DNA of 63,951 nt, filler included, from 5 parts of 5 records of this genome joined end to end with filler, not necessarily neighbours in it, one strand, 5' to 3'. Positions 9,999 through 20,445 are shown, numbered from the whole stretch's first letter. A program made the numbers and translations. Notes: generated from the letters alone by a model not told the origin.

Positions 9999-11243
9999 CT
10001 AGTGCAAAGCTTGTTCGATCATCAAGGCCCGCGCCGCACGTACCTTAGCCGCGCTACGTGCCGGATACCAGCCCGCCAGGATTGTGAGTCCCAATGCCAA
10101 AACAACTGTGAAGATGACGTCAAATGCGTAGATTTCAACCGGAATTGCCGGGACGATGTACTTACTTTTGTCCAGCGAAAACCATCCGTAGGTCTGCTGC
10201 CCAATACAGAGCCCCAGGCCCAGGAGTGTGCCGCCCAAGGTTCCAATGCCGCCGATCACGATACTCTCGTTCAGGAATATCTGTATGATCATTTTGGGTG
10301 TGGCACCCAGGGCCTTCAGAATTCCAATTTCGGCATTTTTTTCTTTGACCGTCATCGTCAGTGATGCAAACACGTTAAAAACAGCGATTAAGATTATAAT
10401 CGTCAAAACTGTAAAGGCCGCCATGCGCTCAAACTGCATCACATTGTAGAGGTCGCGATGTAAGTCGTACCAAGTTTCAACGTGAAAGTCTGGCCCTAAT
10501 TTCTGGCGCAAATCAGCTGCAATTGCGTCGCTGTGTTTAACATCGTCCGAGCGAATATCAAGCTGCATCGCTGAGTTCGGTGGGGCGCGGAACAGATTGG
10601 CTGCCGTGGCTTTGGAGGTATAGCCGTGAAACGCGTCGTATTCCTTGTGGTTTAACTGGAACACACCACTTACTCTCGATTTCTGTGCTGCCGGCAAGGC
10701 AGAGTAAATAACGGTTTGTTCCAGGGCGGCGGGTGAGAGCAGTAAAAGCGAATCGCTGACAAAAGATCCGATTTTGTCTGCCAGGCCAATTCCGAGAATT
10801 ACCTGCGGTTGACCATTTACGGGGCTTAACTCAAAACTGCCGCCAATCATGTTCTGGCGCAGTCCCGAGACGGCCATAAATCCGACCGAGTCAACACCGT
10901 GTAATTGAAAGACGTGAATTGTTTTGCCGACGGATGCGATGACTTTGCCGCTGATCACGGGAGAGACAGCGCTGACATGCTCAACGGATTCGAGTTCAGC
11001 TGCGAGCGAGTCGGCACTGTCGATCCAGGCGCCATGCGCAGATGAGACTCTGACGTGTGGATCAAAACCTACCAGAAGAGATTCAGCCAACATCCGGAAA
11101 CCATTAAAGATTGACGTGACACTGATCAGCGCCGCGACGCCAATCGCGATTCCCACAATCGAAATTGTGGTAATAATGGTAATGAAGTTGAGTGAGTGCC
11201 GCGCAAATACATAACGCCGCGCAACCAAAAACGGAATGTTCAT
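9999..11243 (-). CDS. lipoprotein-releasing ABC transporter permease (LolC/LolE, FtsX family)
   Basis: ARRY...IAIGVAALI..SIFNGF, periplasmic domain, IAVFNV..LTM.V.EK..EIGILKALG, YPAR.AA. Confidence 0.9.
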   Translation of the reverse strand: MNIPFLVARRYVFARHSLNFITIITTISIVGIAIGVAALISVTSIFNGFRMLAESLLVGFDPHVRVSSAHGAWIDSADSLAAELESVEHVSAVSPVISGKVIASVGKTIHVFQLHGVDSVGFMAVSGLRQNMIGGSFELSPVNGQPQVILGIGLADKIGSFVSDSLLLLSPAALEQTVIYSALPAAQKSRVSGVFQLNHKEYDAFHGYTSKATAANLFRAPPNSAMQLDIRSDDVKHSDAIAADLRQKLGPDFHVETWYDLHRDLYNVMQFERMAAFTVLTIIILIAVFNVFASLTMTVKEKNAEIGILKALGATPKMIIQIFLNESIVIGGIGTLGGTLLGLGLCIGQQTYGWFSLDKSKYIVPAIPVEIYAFDVIFTVVLALGLTILAGWYPARSAAKVRAARALMIEQALH

Positions 11244-11301
11244 GTTTTCAGATTCTCTTCAGGACCGCTTGCCGTTCGCCTGCTATTATTTAGCGCAAAA
11301 A

Positions 11302-13476
11302 TTACGATGTCAGCAGGCGATTTGCGCGACTGCTTTGCTGATTGCGCCGGCGTAATTGCTCAAGGAAGTGTTCCTGTGCGTTGACTTCTTTTTCGCCTTC
11401 GGCCGGTTTAACATCTTCGTACGTACCATCGGGCAGCAGACGTCGTGACTTGGTATTGTCTTTCCAATAAACTTCCAGGATGCGCCGCAATTCCAGCTTG
11501 CGTTTTGGCTCCAGAATTGGAAACATTGTTTCAACGCGGCGGTACAGATTGCGCGGCATCAGGTCGGCACTGGTCAGATAGTACTCATCGTCGCCACCGT
11601 TGCGGAAACAAAGTATGCGCGTGTGTTCCAGGAAACGCCCCAGAACGCTGCGTACTTCGATATTGTCACTGATGTCTTTGAGGCCCGGTTTCAGGCAGCA
11701 AATTCCGCGAATCACAAGCCGGACTTTAACACCTGCCTGTGAGGCGCGGTAGAGCGCGCGGATGATTTTCTCGTCAACCAGCGAATTAACTTTTATCAGA
11801 ATCTCGCCGGGGGATTTGGCTGAGTGCAGGTCAATTTCGCGTTCAATCATTTTGATGATGCGTTCGCTCATATTGATTGGCGCTACTGAAAGTTGGCGCC
11901 ATTCCTTGCACTCGGAATATCCCGTCAGGAGATTAAACAAATTGATGGCGTCCTGCTCAAAGTCTTCGCGGGCGCTAAAGTAGCCGATATCGGTGTAGAG
12001 GCGCGCCGTTTTCTGGTTGTAGTTGCCGGTAGACATGTGCAGGTAGGTTCTGATTCTGTCATCATCGCGGCGCACAACCATTGTAATTTTGCAATGGGTT
12101 TTGAGGCCGATAATGCCGTACACGACGTGGACACCCGCCTGCTCCAGCGCGCGCGCCCAAATGATATTGTTCTGTTCATCAAAGCGGGCTTTAAGCTCCA
12201 CAAAGGCGATGACCTGTTTGCCGTTTTCCGCCGCGCGTTTAAGTGCTTCGATGACGGGCGAATCACCGCCGGTGCGGTAAAGTGTTAACTTGATCGCCAT
12301 CACTTTTGGGTCGATAGATGCGGCATCCAGAAACTTGACGACGTTTTGCGAGAAGGAGTCAAATGGATGATGCACCATCAAATCCTGCTTCCGAATCGCC
12401 GTGAAAACCGAGGTGCCCTCAACATTAAAGTCTTTGAGCGGGCGCGTTGCAAACGGTCTGAATTTAAGGGTCCGCAGGTTGACGGACGAGAGTGCCATGA
12501 AGTCCGTCAGGTTCAATGGACCGGTAACTTTGTAAATGTCGCTTTCGTCCAGCTCAAGGATTTCGCGCAGCATGACAGTGTGATGCGCCGGCAGGCGATC
12601 TTCGGTTTCGAGCATGACTGGAGAGCCCCAGCGCCGGTTGCGCACTTGCTCTTCCATTTCGGTCAGAAGATCACTGGCTTCGTCTTCGGCTATCTCAATG
12701 TCTGCATCGCGGATGACGCGGAAGGTGTATGACTCGTCAATTGTCAGACCCCGAAAGAGTACATCGGCATTGGCCTGGATGATTTCTTCCATCATCACAA
12801 AGTGATGTCCATGCCGGCGTTCCAGTGGAATAAAACGCGAAAGTCCTGGTGGCAGCTGCAGCACAGCATAGCGCTGTTGATCCGTTGTGTCCTCATCCTG
12901 CGAGGAAATCACAAAGAGCACATTTAGCCAGCGATTTAGTACATGCGGAAATGGGTGCGCCGGATCAACCGCCAGCGGCGTCAACAGCGGCAAGAGGTTG
13001 CGCATGAAATATTCGTGCAGATGCTGGCGATCGCGTTTCGGTAGCGAGTCGTACGGATGAATTATCAGATTGTGATTTGCCAGGCTGGGAATGATGTCTT
13101 TCTGCAAGACATCAAACTGCTGTTCGATCATCGGCTTCAGCCGCGAGCGAATTTCGGTCAACTGCTCCTGGGCCGGCATGCCGTCGGGAGATAGGTTGAC
13201 AACATTGGCTGAGAACTGTTCCTTCAAACCCGCTACGCGAATCATGAAAAATTCATCGAGGTTGGAGGTAAAGATCGAAATAAATTTGAGGCGCTCCAGC
13301 AGTGGGTGATTGGAGTCTTCTGCTTCTTCCAGGACGCGCCTGTTGAATTCGATCCAACTCAGTTCGCGATTGAAGTACAGGTCGGAGTCGTGCAAGTCCT
13401 TGCCGGCCTTGGCAGGGCGGGGCTTGGATTTGTTTTTGCTCTTGGGAGATGTTGTTGTTTCGCTGGACATGTTCAT
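11302..13476 (-). CDS. ppk1: polyphosphate kinase 1
   Basis: YFNRELSW, NLDEFFMIRVAG, HPFPH, HHPFDSF, ELKARFDE, KTHCK, STGNYN, GRFLEH, SADLMPRNL. Confidence 0.97.
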   Translation of the reverse strand: MNMSSETTTSPKSKNKSKPRPAKAGKDLHDSDLYFNRELSWIEFNRRVLEEAEDSNHPLLERLKFISIFTSNLDEFFMIRVAGLKEQFSANVVNLSPDGMPAQEQLTEIRSRLKPMIEQQFDVLQKDIIPSLANHNLIIHPYDSLPKRDRQHLHEYFMRNLLPLLTPLAVDPAHPFPHVLNRWLNVLFVISSQDEDTTDQQRYAVLQLPPGLSRFIPLERRHGHHFVMMEEIIQANADVLFRGLTIDESYTFRVIRDADIEIAEDEASDLLTEMEEQVRNRRWGSPVMLETEDRLPAHHTVMLREILELDESDIYKVTGPLNLTDFMALSSVNLRTLKFRPFATRPLKDFNVEGTSVFTAIRKQDLMVHHPFDSFSQNVVKFLDAASIDPKVMAIKLTLYRTGGDSPVIEALKRAAENGKQVIAFVELKARFDEQNNIIWARALEQAGVHVVYGIIGLKTHCKITMVVRRDDDRIRTYLHMSTGNYNQKTARLYTDIGYFSAREDFEQDAINLFNLLTGYSECKEWRQLSVAPINMSERIIKMIEREIDLHSAKSPGEILIKVNSLVDEKIIRALYRASQAGVKVRLVIRGICCLKPGLKDISDNIEVRSVLGRFLEHTRILCFRNGGDDEYYLTSADLMPRNLYRRVETMFPILEPKRKLELRRILEVYWKDNTKSRRLLPDGTYEDVKPAEGEKEVNAQEHFLEQLRRRNQQSSRANRLLTS

Positions 13477-13716
13477 TGCTCCGGAAAAAGGAGAAAGCGA
13501 TGCTGGGGCCTTGGATCACTCTGGTCTACAAAAATACTCAAATTCGCCACGCCACGGAAGTGTCTACTTGCGCGCGCCAACGGTGGCCGCACCGCAGCAA
13601 GTGCTGAAACGTGCCAGCAGGCGGTGCGCATATCCAATTTCTGCCCCGGAAATCGGGCCGGCCTGGTTGCGCTCTATCGTTTTTTCCGTCTTCAGCCACT
13701 AGTCCGCGCAAGCGGA

Positions 13717-13840
13717 GCCCAGCGTTGCGGTCCAAAGTTGCGGCCCAGAGTTGCGGCCCAGAGCTGCGACCCAGCGTTGCAACCCAGCGTTGCGACCCAG
13801 CGTTGCGGTCCAGAATTGCACACCAGCGTTGCAGCCCAGC
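13717..13840 (+). repeat. 13-bp tandem repeat, about 9.5 units (consensus RCCCAGCGTTGCG)
   Basis: gcccagcgttgcg gtccaaagttgcg gcccagagttgcg gcccagagctgcg acccagcgttgca acccagcgttgcg x2 ... Confidence 0.85.
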
Positions 13841-13936
13841 CTCCGGCGGGATCATCTTACATCCTGGCCTGATTGCTGCCGGTGTTTTGGGCTGCGGCTA
13901 TCAACAGTGACTGTTTATTACGGCTCCAGCGTTTCA

Positions 13937-15652
13937 TTAACGTCCTACCAGCAGCAGGTCAGTTTCACAATAGACGGCACTGCCCTTGTACTCGGCGGCT
14001 TCCAGGCGCACGATGTACGCGCCCGGCGCCACCCCTGCACCGCGAAAATCGCGTGCATCCCACTCGGCCATGCCTCGTGCCGCGCTGAAGTCGGCTTCCA
14101 GCAGCTGCGCCACGGCCCGCCCGTTGCTGTCAAATACTTGAATGCGCACAAATGCGTGTGTAAAGGGCAGGTGATACTCAACCCGTGCTATCTGCGGTAT
14201 TGGGCCCGACAAGAGCGGGTTGGGCAGAATGTTAATGCTGCCATTCGCGCGTACATCACTTACACTGTTGGACTCTCCGGCCGTGCCGCCGCGCGCATCT
14301 GCGCTGGTGCTCCACTCGGGATCTCGCAGCAAATTATCTTTACCAAGTTTACGCTCCAGGCTGCGCCCCTGCTGAGAGCTGGAAGGCACGATGTGCTGCG
14401 CCGGACCAAAATTGACTGAGTCAATCATCTGACCGTTTGGATCACAAAGCAGCAGAACCCCGCCGTCGGCGCGCAAGTTAAACGGACTCTCAACAAACAA
14501 GGCGTTGTCACACTCATTTAAGCCCGGAAACTGAGCGAACACTGCCGTATCCCAGCAGACGGCCAGGTAGTTTTCAGGTGCAAGCGGCAGCGTGGCGCCA
14601 CAATAGTCCGGAAGTCGCAAGTGCAGACTGTCGCTGCTGCCATTCTCAGTACTGTGTTTAACACTCCAGCCGCTGAGATCAACTCTCTGCTCTCCAATGT
14701 TAACCAGTTCCAGGTATTCAGCGGCGTCCGGCAGAGGACGAAACATGACTTCCGAGAAGACCACAGCCGGAATGCCTTGAGCCAACCAGACACGCGCCTG
14801 CAGTCTGTCATTCGCCGGCCCCTCATCGTTGAGGCTCACAACCTGCGCTTCAGCTGCAAACCACCCAGTTTCAGGCAGGGAATGCTCAAAACGGAGATGC
14901 GCTTCTTCGCCGGCCGCTAAAGCCGCCAGGCTTGTGTCCGCACTGAAAATCGCCAATCCGGCATCCATAACCGTCAGCCGAATGTTAACATCTGTGACCG
15001 CGCGCCGCCCCAGATTCTTGCTCAGGACCGTCAGCGCGCCGGGTGCGGACTGAATGTCAATACATGCCAGGTCATAGTCGAGCGGAGTGATACTGTTGCG
15101 GCGGCCGGGCGAAGCCCCAAGCGCATCCAGTGAAAGTCCCCAGGAATCCGGCTCCAGGCCCTCAGTCTCGGTGTCAATTCGCTCTATCGACTGTGCCGCC
15201 GCCACCAGACTTTTGCCATAGGCCATCGAGTCAACTAATTTATCTGTGGCAGTGCGTAGACCAAGGGCGTCGCCGCCGTTGTTTAAGGATGGCAGGCGCA
15301 TCTCAATTATGACGATGCCCTCGGGAATCTGGTAGCGCGCACGCAACTGTGCGGCGTCGCTGCTGACGAGCAGGTAGCTGTCGGCCGCCAGGATTGCAGC
15401 TGGAATTGCGCGCCGGCTGCTTTTGTCTGCAATACTCCAGTCTTGCAGCTCAAGGTCTTGTGTACCGTAATTGCGCAGTTCGATCCATTCGGGTGTTGAA
15501 TCATCGGCTCGCGCAAAAACTTCATTAAACATCACCGGCTGTGCAATTGACGTAGTGGCGCAGAGAATCGCGCCTGTCAGGCTCAATGCACAGGCACAAC
15601 TACAAACAAAAATGGTTTTAATACATTCGTAAAAACGGTCCAAATGCAGCAT
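13937..15652 (-). CDS. secreted protein with two lamin-tail domains and a C-terminal FlgD/T9SS-like Ig domain
   Basis: FNEV...EWIELRN...LNNGGD...SPGRRNS; second FSEVM...EYLELVN...TAGESNS; C-terminal PNP...WDARD..G..VAPGAYIV. Confidence 0.8.
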   Translation of the reverse strand: MLHLDRFYECIKTIFVCSCACALSLTGAILCATTSIAQPVMFNEVFARADDSTPEWIELRNYGTQDLELQDWSIADKSSRRAIPAAILAADSYLLVSSDAAQLRARYQIPEGIVIIEMRLPSLNNGGDALGLRTATDKLVDSMAYGKSLVAAAQSIERIDTETEGLEPDSWGLSLDALGASPGRRNSITPLDYDLACIDIQSAPGALTVLSKNLGRRAVTDVNIRLTVMDAGLAIFSADTSLAALAAGEEAHLRFEHSLPETGWFAAEAQVVSLNDEGPANDRLQARVWLAQGIPAVVFSEVMFRPLPDAAEYLELVNIGEQRVDLSGWSVKHSTENGSSDSLHLRLPDYCGATLPLAPENYLAVCWDTAVFAQFPGLNECDNALFVESPFNLRADGGVLLLCDPNGQMIDSVNFGPAQHIVPSSSQQGRSLERKLGKDNLLRDPEWSTSADARGGTAGESNSVSDVRANGSINILPNPLLSGPIPQIARVEYHLPFTHAFVRIQVFDSNGRAVAQLLEADFSAARGMAEWDARDFRGAGVAPGAYIVRLEAAEYKGSAVYCETDLLLVGR

Positions 15653-15814
15653 GCGCTCCTCCCTGGGTTTTCTGTACGGGTTTTGCGCAAGCTGGCCTGA
15701 GCCGAGCTTCTCTACAAGCGTGAAAGTTTAAACGGCCGTTAAACAGAGCTTAACGTACCTGAACCCTGCATAAGCGGTCAAGAATGTTTAACAAAGACCA
15801 AAGTAATTGTCACT

Positions 15815-18724
15815 CTATTTGCCCTTATACGCTTCCCCAACGCGCCACCACTCAGGCGCTTCGGCCGACTGCAAAAAGTGATCAAAGAACTCGCGCACGC
15901 GAATGTCGTAGTCCATCTGGTTCTCAAATTTCTTTAAGTGATGCGGCTCATTATAGTACTGCAACATCACACATGGTTTGTTAAAACGGCGCAGGGCCAG
16001 GTAAAGCTCGATGCCCTGAGGATATGGCACGGCGTCGTCAACATCACCAAACATAATCAGCAGGGGCGTGTTAACGCGGTCTGCATAAAAAACAGGGGAG
16101 TTTTCAATGTAGCGCAGCGGATATTCCCACAAGCTTCCGCCGATGCGGCTCTGGAAATGCTCATATTGAAACTGGCGCGCCAGCCCCGACCCCAGCCGAA
16201 TTCCACTGTACGCACTCGTCATGTTACTGACTGGTGCTCCCGCCAGGGCCGCCGCAAAAATGTCCGACTGTGTAATGATGTACGAAGTTTGGTATCCGCT
16301 CCACGAATGGCCGGTAATCCCGACGCGTTTTGGGTCTGCAACGCCCATATCAATCAGTTTTTGCACACCCGGCACAATGCAGCGCACGGCCGATGGCCCA
16401 GGGTAACCAACTTCAAAACGGACGTCGGGAATAAATACGCAGTAGCCGTTGGAAGCGTAGTACGAGGCATTTAAACCGTCGTTGATGCGCGGTCGCCAAA
16501 AGCTGTGTAAACGCCAGCTCCAGAGGCGATAGAAGTAGACAATAACCGGATACTTTTTAGCTGAATCATAATTGGCGGGTTTGATTAACACCCCCTGCAG
16601 CGCTTTGCCGTCCTGGCTGTTCCATTCTACGAGTTCGCTCGATCCCCATTGATATTCTTGCAGCTGTTCCTGGCCATTGCTGATTCGGCGTGCATCCTGC
16701 AGGTCCATGCCCGCAATCCATAAGTCCGGGAATTCGTCAAAACGTTCTTTTTTGAATGCAATGCGGTCGGCTTCCGGTGCTTTACTGACAAAACGATAAC
16801 GTTTATCTTCGCCCAGCAGCTTCTTGAGTTTTTTTGACTTGATTGTTAACTGATGAAAACTGCTGTTTTTCTTGCGCTCATTAAACGCGCCCAGCAGCTG
16901 CGATTCGTTCGGGTCAATCCAGACTCGCAGGCTGTCAGTATTAACAAAGCGGTAGCGGTCGGACTTCTCGCGTCCGTTTTTGGTGATGCGTTCACCTTTG
17001 CTGCCATTGGCGGCGTTGACTGGGAATTGCCAGATGTCAAACTGATCGTAGATCAGGACTGCTGCGTCATTTGTTGTCCAGCCCGCAATGCCGTAGGCGG
17101 GTGCCGGTCGTGGGTAATCGTGGTCCACATTGTAAAACGGCGTTTTGATGTGGCCAGTTACATTGCGCTCACGTCCACTTTCCAGGTCCAAGAGAAACCA
17201 GGTTGAGTCTTTGTAATACGCCAGATGCTGTCCATTGGGCGCCAGCTTTAAATGGTCGCTGTCGGACACAAAGTTCTTAAACAGCATTGTGCGTTCACCG
17301 CTGTGCAGATCGACGCTGTAGACGTCGTTAAACCAGCCGGCCCAGGTTGTGGCGCGCAGGTAGGGAGTGTCGTTATACCCCAGCGTGCGGCTGCCATTTT
17401 CAGGGCGCTGCACGGCCGCCATCGTTTCATCGGCGAGTTGAACAACGCGGTCGCTTTTTACGTGATAAACGGCGTCAAACAGGTAGTCGGTCACGCGTTT
17501 CCACAGTTTGCGCTGCTGGGTGGCAATCACCGAGTCACGCCAGTGCCAGACGCTCAGGCCCGCGTCTTTGCGGATGCTGTCCGGCACGAACATTCCAGTG
17601 CTGTCTACCTCTTTGTCTTTGTCCGCTTTGATTGCCGCCAGACGGTCAATTTCTGCACGCGAAGTGCGCATCAGCCCAAAGTAGAGGCGTTCGCCGTCGC
17701 GCGTCCAATTGACGGAGTTCTTAAACGGAATCACATAACCGGCTGTCTGCTGTGCCTGCGTGTTAAGCGTTTGCACGGCGTTACCGGGTTTCCAGAGCAT
17801 GATTTCGCCGACGTTAATATGTTCGTTGCTGTCTTCCGGGCAGGCCAGGTAGGCGAGTGCGCCGGACGCATTATTCCAGTTCAGGTGGCCAAAATGCAGG
17901 TATTCTTTGGCCTGAATCGGCAGGATCGCACCTTCGCCGGCGGAATTCAGCGGTTTAACAAACAGTCCGTTTTTTTTGCCGCTGCTGTCGGCCACGGCAT
18001 AAGCCAGATAGGTACCGCTGCTGTCAAATGCAAAACGTGTGACATGTTCGATGAACTCACGGCGATTATTTTGCAGGTCAATCAGCAGCAGACGGCTCCC
18101 GGCATTTTTACCGCGTATGTCTTCTTTTTCTGCTTCGTCGTCTTTGTTGGCTGTTGTATCCGCTGGATCATTTTCCGTCTCCGTCTCGCTGCTATCCTTG
18201 TTTTTGGACTTCTTGGCCGGCTCGGTTTTGTGGAACTGGAGTGCCAGCCAGCGTGAATCGCGCGCGAAAGCGTGATACTGCACACTGTCAAATTTGACCA
18301 TGGTATCGCGTTCCAGATCAACGAGTGTGCGCCCCGGCTTGGCCTTTTTCTTGGAGTCTTTAATCGACTCGCTGTAGGGAATTGCGATTGTAACGGCGGC
18401 CCAGCGCGCATCCCAGCTAAAATCGATCTTGTTTCCGCGTTCCAGCTCAAAGCGCGCGTCACTGTTCAGCGATTGAAGGATGGCGCTTCCGTCTCCACGG
18501 TCGGGTTTTTCGGTCCATCCCATCCAGCTTCCATCGGCGGCAAGTGTAGTATTGCCAACACCTTTGAAGTGCATCATGTCTACAAAGTCCAGCGGCTTTT
18601 TGCTGGATGTTTGGGCCGCGAGCGGAGAAATTCCGATCAGCAGCAGCGCAAGTGTCATGCCCGTCAAAATGGATTTTTGAGCGCGTATTTTTTGAGCACG
18701 GAGAAGGACGTAGAAAGTATTCAT
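15815..18724 (-). CDS. S9 prolyl oligopeptidase-family serine peptidase with beta-propeller
   Basis: GHSWSGY nucleophile, GDVDDAV, EPHH; N-terminal signal peptide. Confidence 0.92.
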   Translation of the reverse strand: MNTFYVLLRAQKIRAQKSILTGMTLALLLIGISPLAAQTSSKKPLDFVDMMHFKGVGNTTLAADGSWMGWTEKPDRGDGSAILQSLNSDARFELERGNKIDFSWDARWAAVTIAIPYSESIKDSKKKAKPGRTLVDLERDTMVKFDSVQYHAFARDSRWLALQFHKTEPAKKSKNKDSSETETENDPADTTANKDDEAEKEDIRGKNAGSRLLLIDLQNNRREFIEHVTRFAFDSSGTYLAYAVADSSGKKNGLFVKPLNSAGEGAILPIQAKEYLHFGHLNWNNASGALAYLACPEDSNEHINVGEIMLWKPGNAVQTLNTQAQQTAGYVIPFKNSVNWTRDGERLYFGLMRTSRAEIDRLAAIKADKDKEVDSTGMFVPDSIRKDAGLSVWHWRDSVIATQQRKLWKRVTDYLFDAVYHVKSDRVVQLADETMAAVQRPENGSRTLGYNDTPYLRATTWAGWFNDVYSVDLHSGERTMLFKNFVSDSDHLKLAPNGQHLAYYKDSTWFLLDLESGRERNVTGHIKTPFYNVDHDYPRPAPAYGIAGWTTNDAAVLIYDQFDIWQFPVNAANGSKGERITKNGREKSDRYRFVNTDSLRVWIDPNESQLLGAFNERKKNSSFHQLTIKSKKLKKLLGEDKRYRFVSKAPEADRIAFKKERFDEFPDLWIAGMDLQDARRISNGQEQLQEYQWGSSELVEWNSQDGKALQGVLIKPANYDSAKKYPVIVYFYRLWSWRLHSFWRPRINDGLNASYYASNGYCVFIPDVRFEVGYPGPSAVRCIVPGVQKLIDMGVADPKRVGITGHSWSGYQTSYIITQSDIFAAALAGAPVSNMTSAYSGIRLGSGLARQFQYEHFQSRIGGSLWEYPLRYIENSPVFYADRVNTPLLIMFGDVDDAVPYPQGIELYLALRRFNKPCVMLQYYNEPHHLKKFENQMDYDIRVREFFDHFLQSAEAPEWWRVGEAYKGK

Positions 18725-18987
18725 CTGCGGAACTGCTTGCTAGGGAGTAGGAAACAAGGAATCCCGAAATCTACGCAATTTCCGGTTTCCGTCCGTTTCA
18801 ATGGAGGTATGAGGGCTGCGCCCCCTGCGTTAGGCACTTGGTGGCTGGCTTATCTTTTTGTTAGTCGCCGATTCCCAGGCTGGAAACATCACAGTCTCAC
18901 AGTCTTTTTGCATTTGAGTCTGTGAGCATTTGAATCCTGGTGTCTGCCGATAAGCAGGGGAGTCTTCAGCTTGATTATTCGGTCAAG

Positions 18988-19230
18988 AGACTCGCAGCTG
19001 AAATGCGCAAGGTCGCGCAGCCGGGAACTGAGCTCTGAGACTGAGTTCTCAATGCGGAACCTGCGCGGCAAGACTCGCAGCTGAGATGCTCAACGCCGCA
19101 CCAGCATTCATTGAGTTTCGATTGTCAAATCTCAGCGTGAACATTGCGCGGCGAGACTCGCAGCCAAAAGTCTCTTCACTCAGCGACACACTTCAGGTTC
19201 TTAACCCAAGGTCTCGCAGCCAAAAAACTC
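18988..19230 (+). repeat. AGACTCGCAGC-core repeats, three at an exact 83-nt period plus two degenerate copies
   Basis: Cores start at 18988, 19071 and 19154; variants near 19010 and 19210. Confidence 0.6.
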
Positions 19231-19270
19231 CCAGTCTCAAGAGCTTGAGCCTGGCCACTCAGCGACAAAC

Positions 19271-19321
19271 AAACAAATCAAAAAGCCTGAGGACTGAACG
19301 CAGTGAAAGGCCTCAAAGCGC
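19271..19321 (+). repeat. dispersed AAAGCCTGAG...CTCAAAGCG repeat, copy B
   Basis: AAACAAATCAAAAAGCCTGAGGACTGAACGCAGTGAAAGGCCTCAAAGCGC. Confidence 0.65.
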
Positions 19322-19473
19322 TCAGGCAGCCGCCACCGAATTATTGCGTGCAGGCGGAACTTTTTAGAAGTCAATCGGGGGACGTGTATGGCAAAGAGAC
19401 GTGAAATACGTGGCATGAATCCCGGCAAAATGAATGGAATTTTTTGAGCGGACGGACTGCGGGCCTATATAAA

Positions 19474-19573
19474 NNNNNNNNNNNNNNNNNNNNNNNNNNN
19501 NNNNNNNNNNNNNNNNNTTAATTAATTAANNNNNNNNNNNNNNNNNNNNNNNNNNNNNNNNNNNNNNNNNNNN
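19474..19573. other. artificial contig linker
   Basis: N/TTAATTAATTAA/N spacer. Confidence 0.98.
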
Positions 19574-19658
19574 AACCATGCGTTGCAACGAAGTCGACGA
19601 GCTAGTCAACTTTACTAAACAATCCTGCACGGCGACTCGCTGAACGCGAACGACGGAT
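19574..19658 (+). mobile_element. attC-like integron cassette recombination site (5' truncated, R' box degenerate)
   Basis: AAC-CAT-GCGTT-G-CAACGAAGTCG ... CGACTCGCTG-AACGC-GAAC-G: imperfect palindrome with an extrahelical G. Confidence 0.55.
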
Positions 19659-19847
19659 GATTTTATGCGAATTTCGCAGTGCATCTTCACCGCTCTGTTG
19701 ATCGTCGCTGCCTATTGGTCGCAGGCGGCGTTTCTTTTCCACTCATCGTCGATCCTATGCTGAGGACAGGTTGTTTCCCAACAACGGATCACTGACCCGA
19801 AGCACGCGTTTCTCTTAACCCTAGTTAACAACTACCATAGCCAGTGA

Positions 19848-20405
19848 TTGAACCGGGATGTCGAGCGTGGTAAGCTGTCGCTGAAACTCTGGTTTGCATA
19901 CCTGGTTAATCACGACGTTACGCCTGAAGAGGAGCTTCCCATCGGAAAACGCATTGATGAGGCCCCAGATGCTCTCATTGCCAAGGTGAGCATAGCATAC
20001 CTGCGGGCTCGAGCGGTTATTGAGATATTGGCTTCATTGATGGTCGCGTTGATTCTCGCATCGATGAGTATTACCCTCGGGATCTTAGCAGTGTTCGTCG
20101 GGCTATGTGGGATTTGGTTCTTGTTCCACGTTCGACGCATGGATAGATATGTTGTTTCACGCAATGAATTGCTTACGAAGAAACTGTTCTCCGATCAAGT
20201 AGATCTATCAACAACCATATCACGCGTGCAAAGTGTTTCCGTACACCAGGGAATACTAGAAATCCGATACGGAGTGGGGACTGTGATAATAACGACTGCG
20301 GCTACTGATCCTCGACAATCAGAGATTCTTTGGCGGCACATATCGAATCCCGATTTCGTTGCAGACGCGATTCGAAGACTCGTGCGATCACAGGAAACGG
20401 CATAA
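19848..20405 (+). CDS. membrane protein with bacterial PH (bPH_2/YdbS-like) domain, cassette-like
   Basis: Two TM helices, then RYVVS...RVQSVSVHQGILE.RYGVGTVIITTA; stop codon overlaps GCATAAC. Start uncertain. Confidence 0.7.
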   Translation: MNRDVERGKLSLKLWFAYLVNHDVTPEEELPIGKRIDEAPDALIAKVSIAYLRARAVIEILASLMVALILASMSITLGILAVFVGLCGIWFLFHVRRMDRYVVSRNELLTKKLFSDQVDLSTTISRVQSVSVHQGILEIRYGVGTVIITTAATDPRQSEILWRHISNPDFVADAIRRLVRSQETA

Positions 20406-20445
20406 CAAAGCGATAGCTGCAGAGTCGCCGACTACGGCCGAGTTC
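20400..20445 (+). mobile_element. truncated left half of an attC-like site
   Basis: GCATAAC-AAAGCGAT...GAGTCGCCGA directly at the ORF stop; no matching right arm seen. Confidence 0.4.

Noticed and set aside
18988-19230. Possible CRISPR array
   Set aside because: The conserved core is only 11-20 nt, spacers exceed 60 nt, there are few units and no cas genes; kept only as an unexplained repeat.
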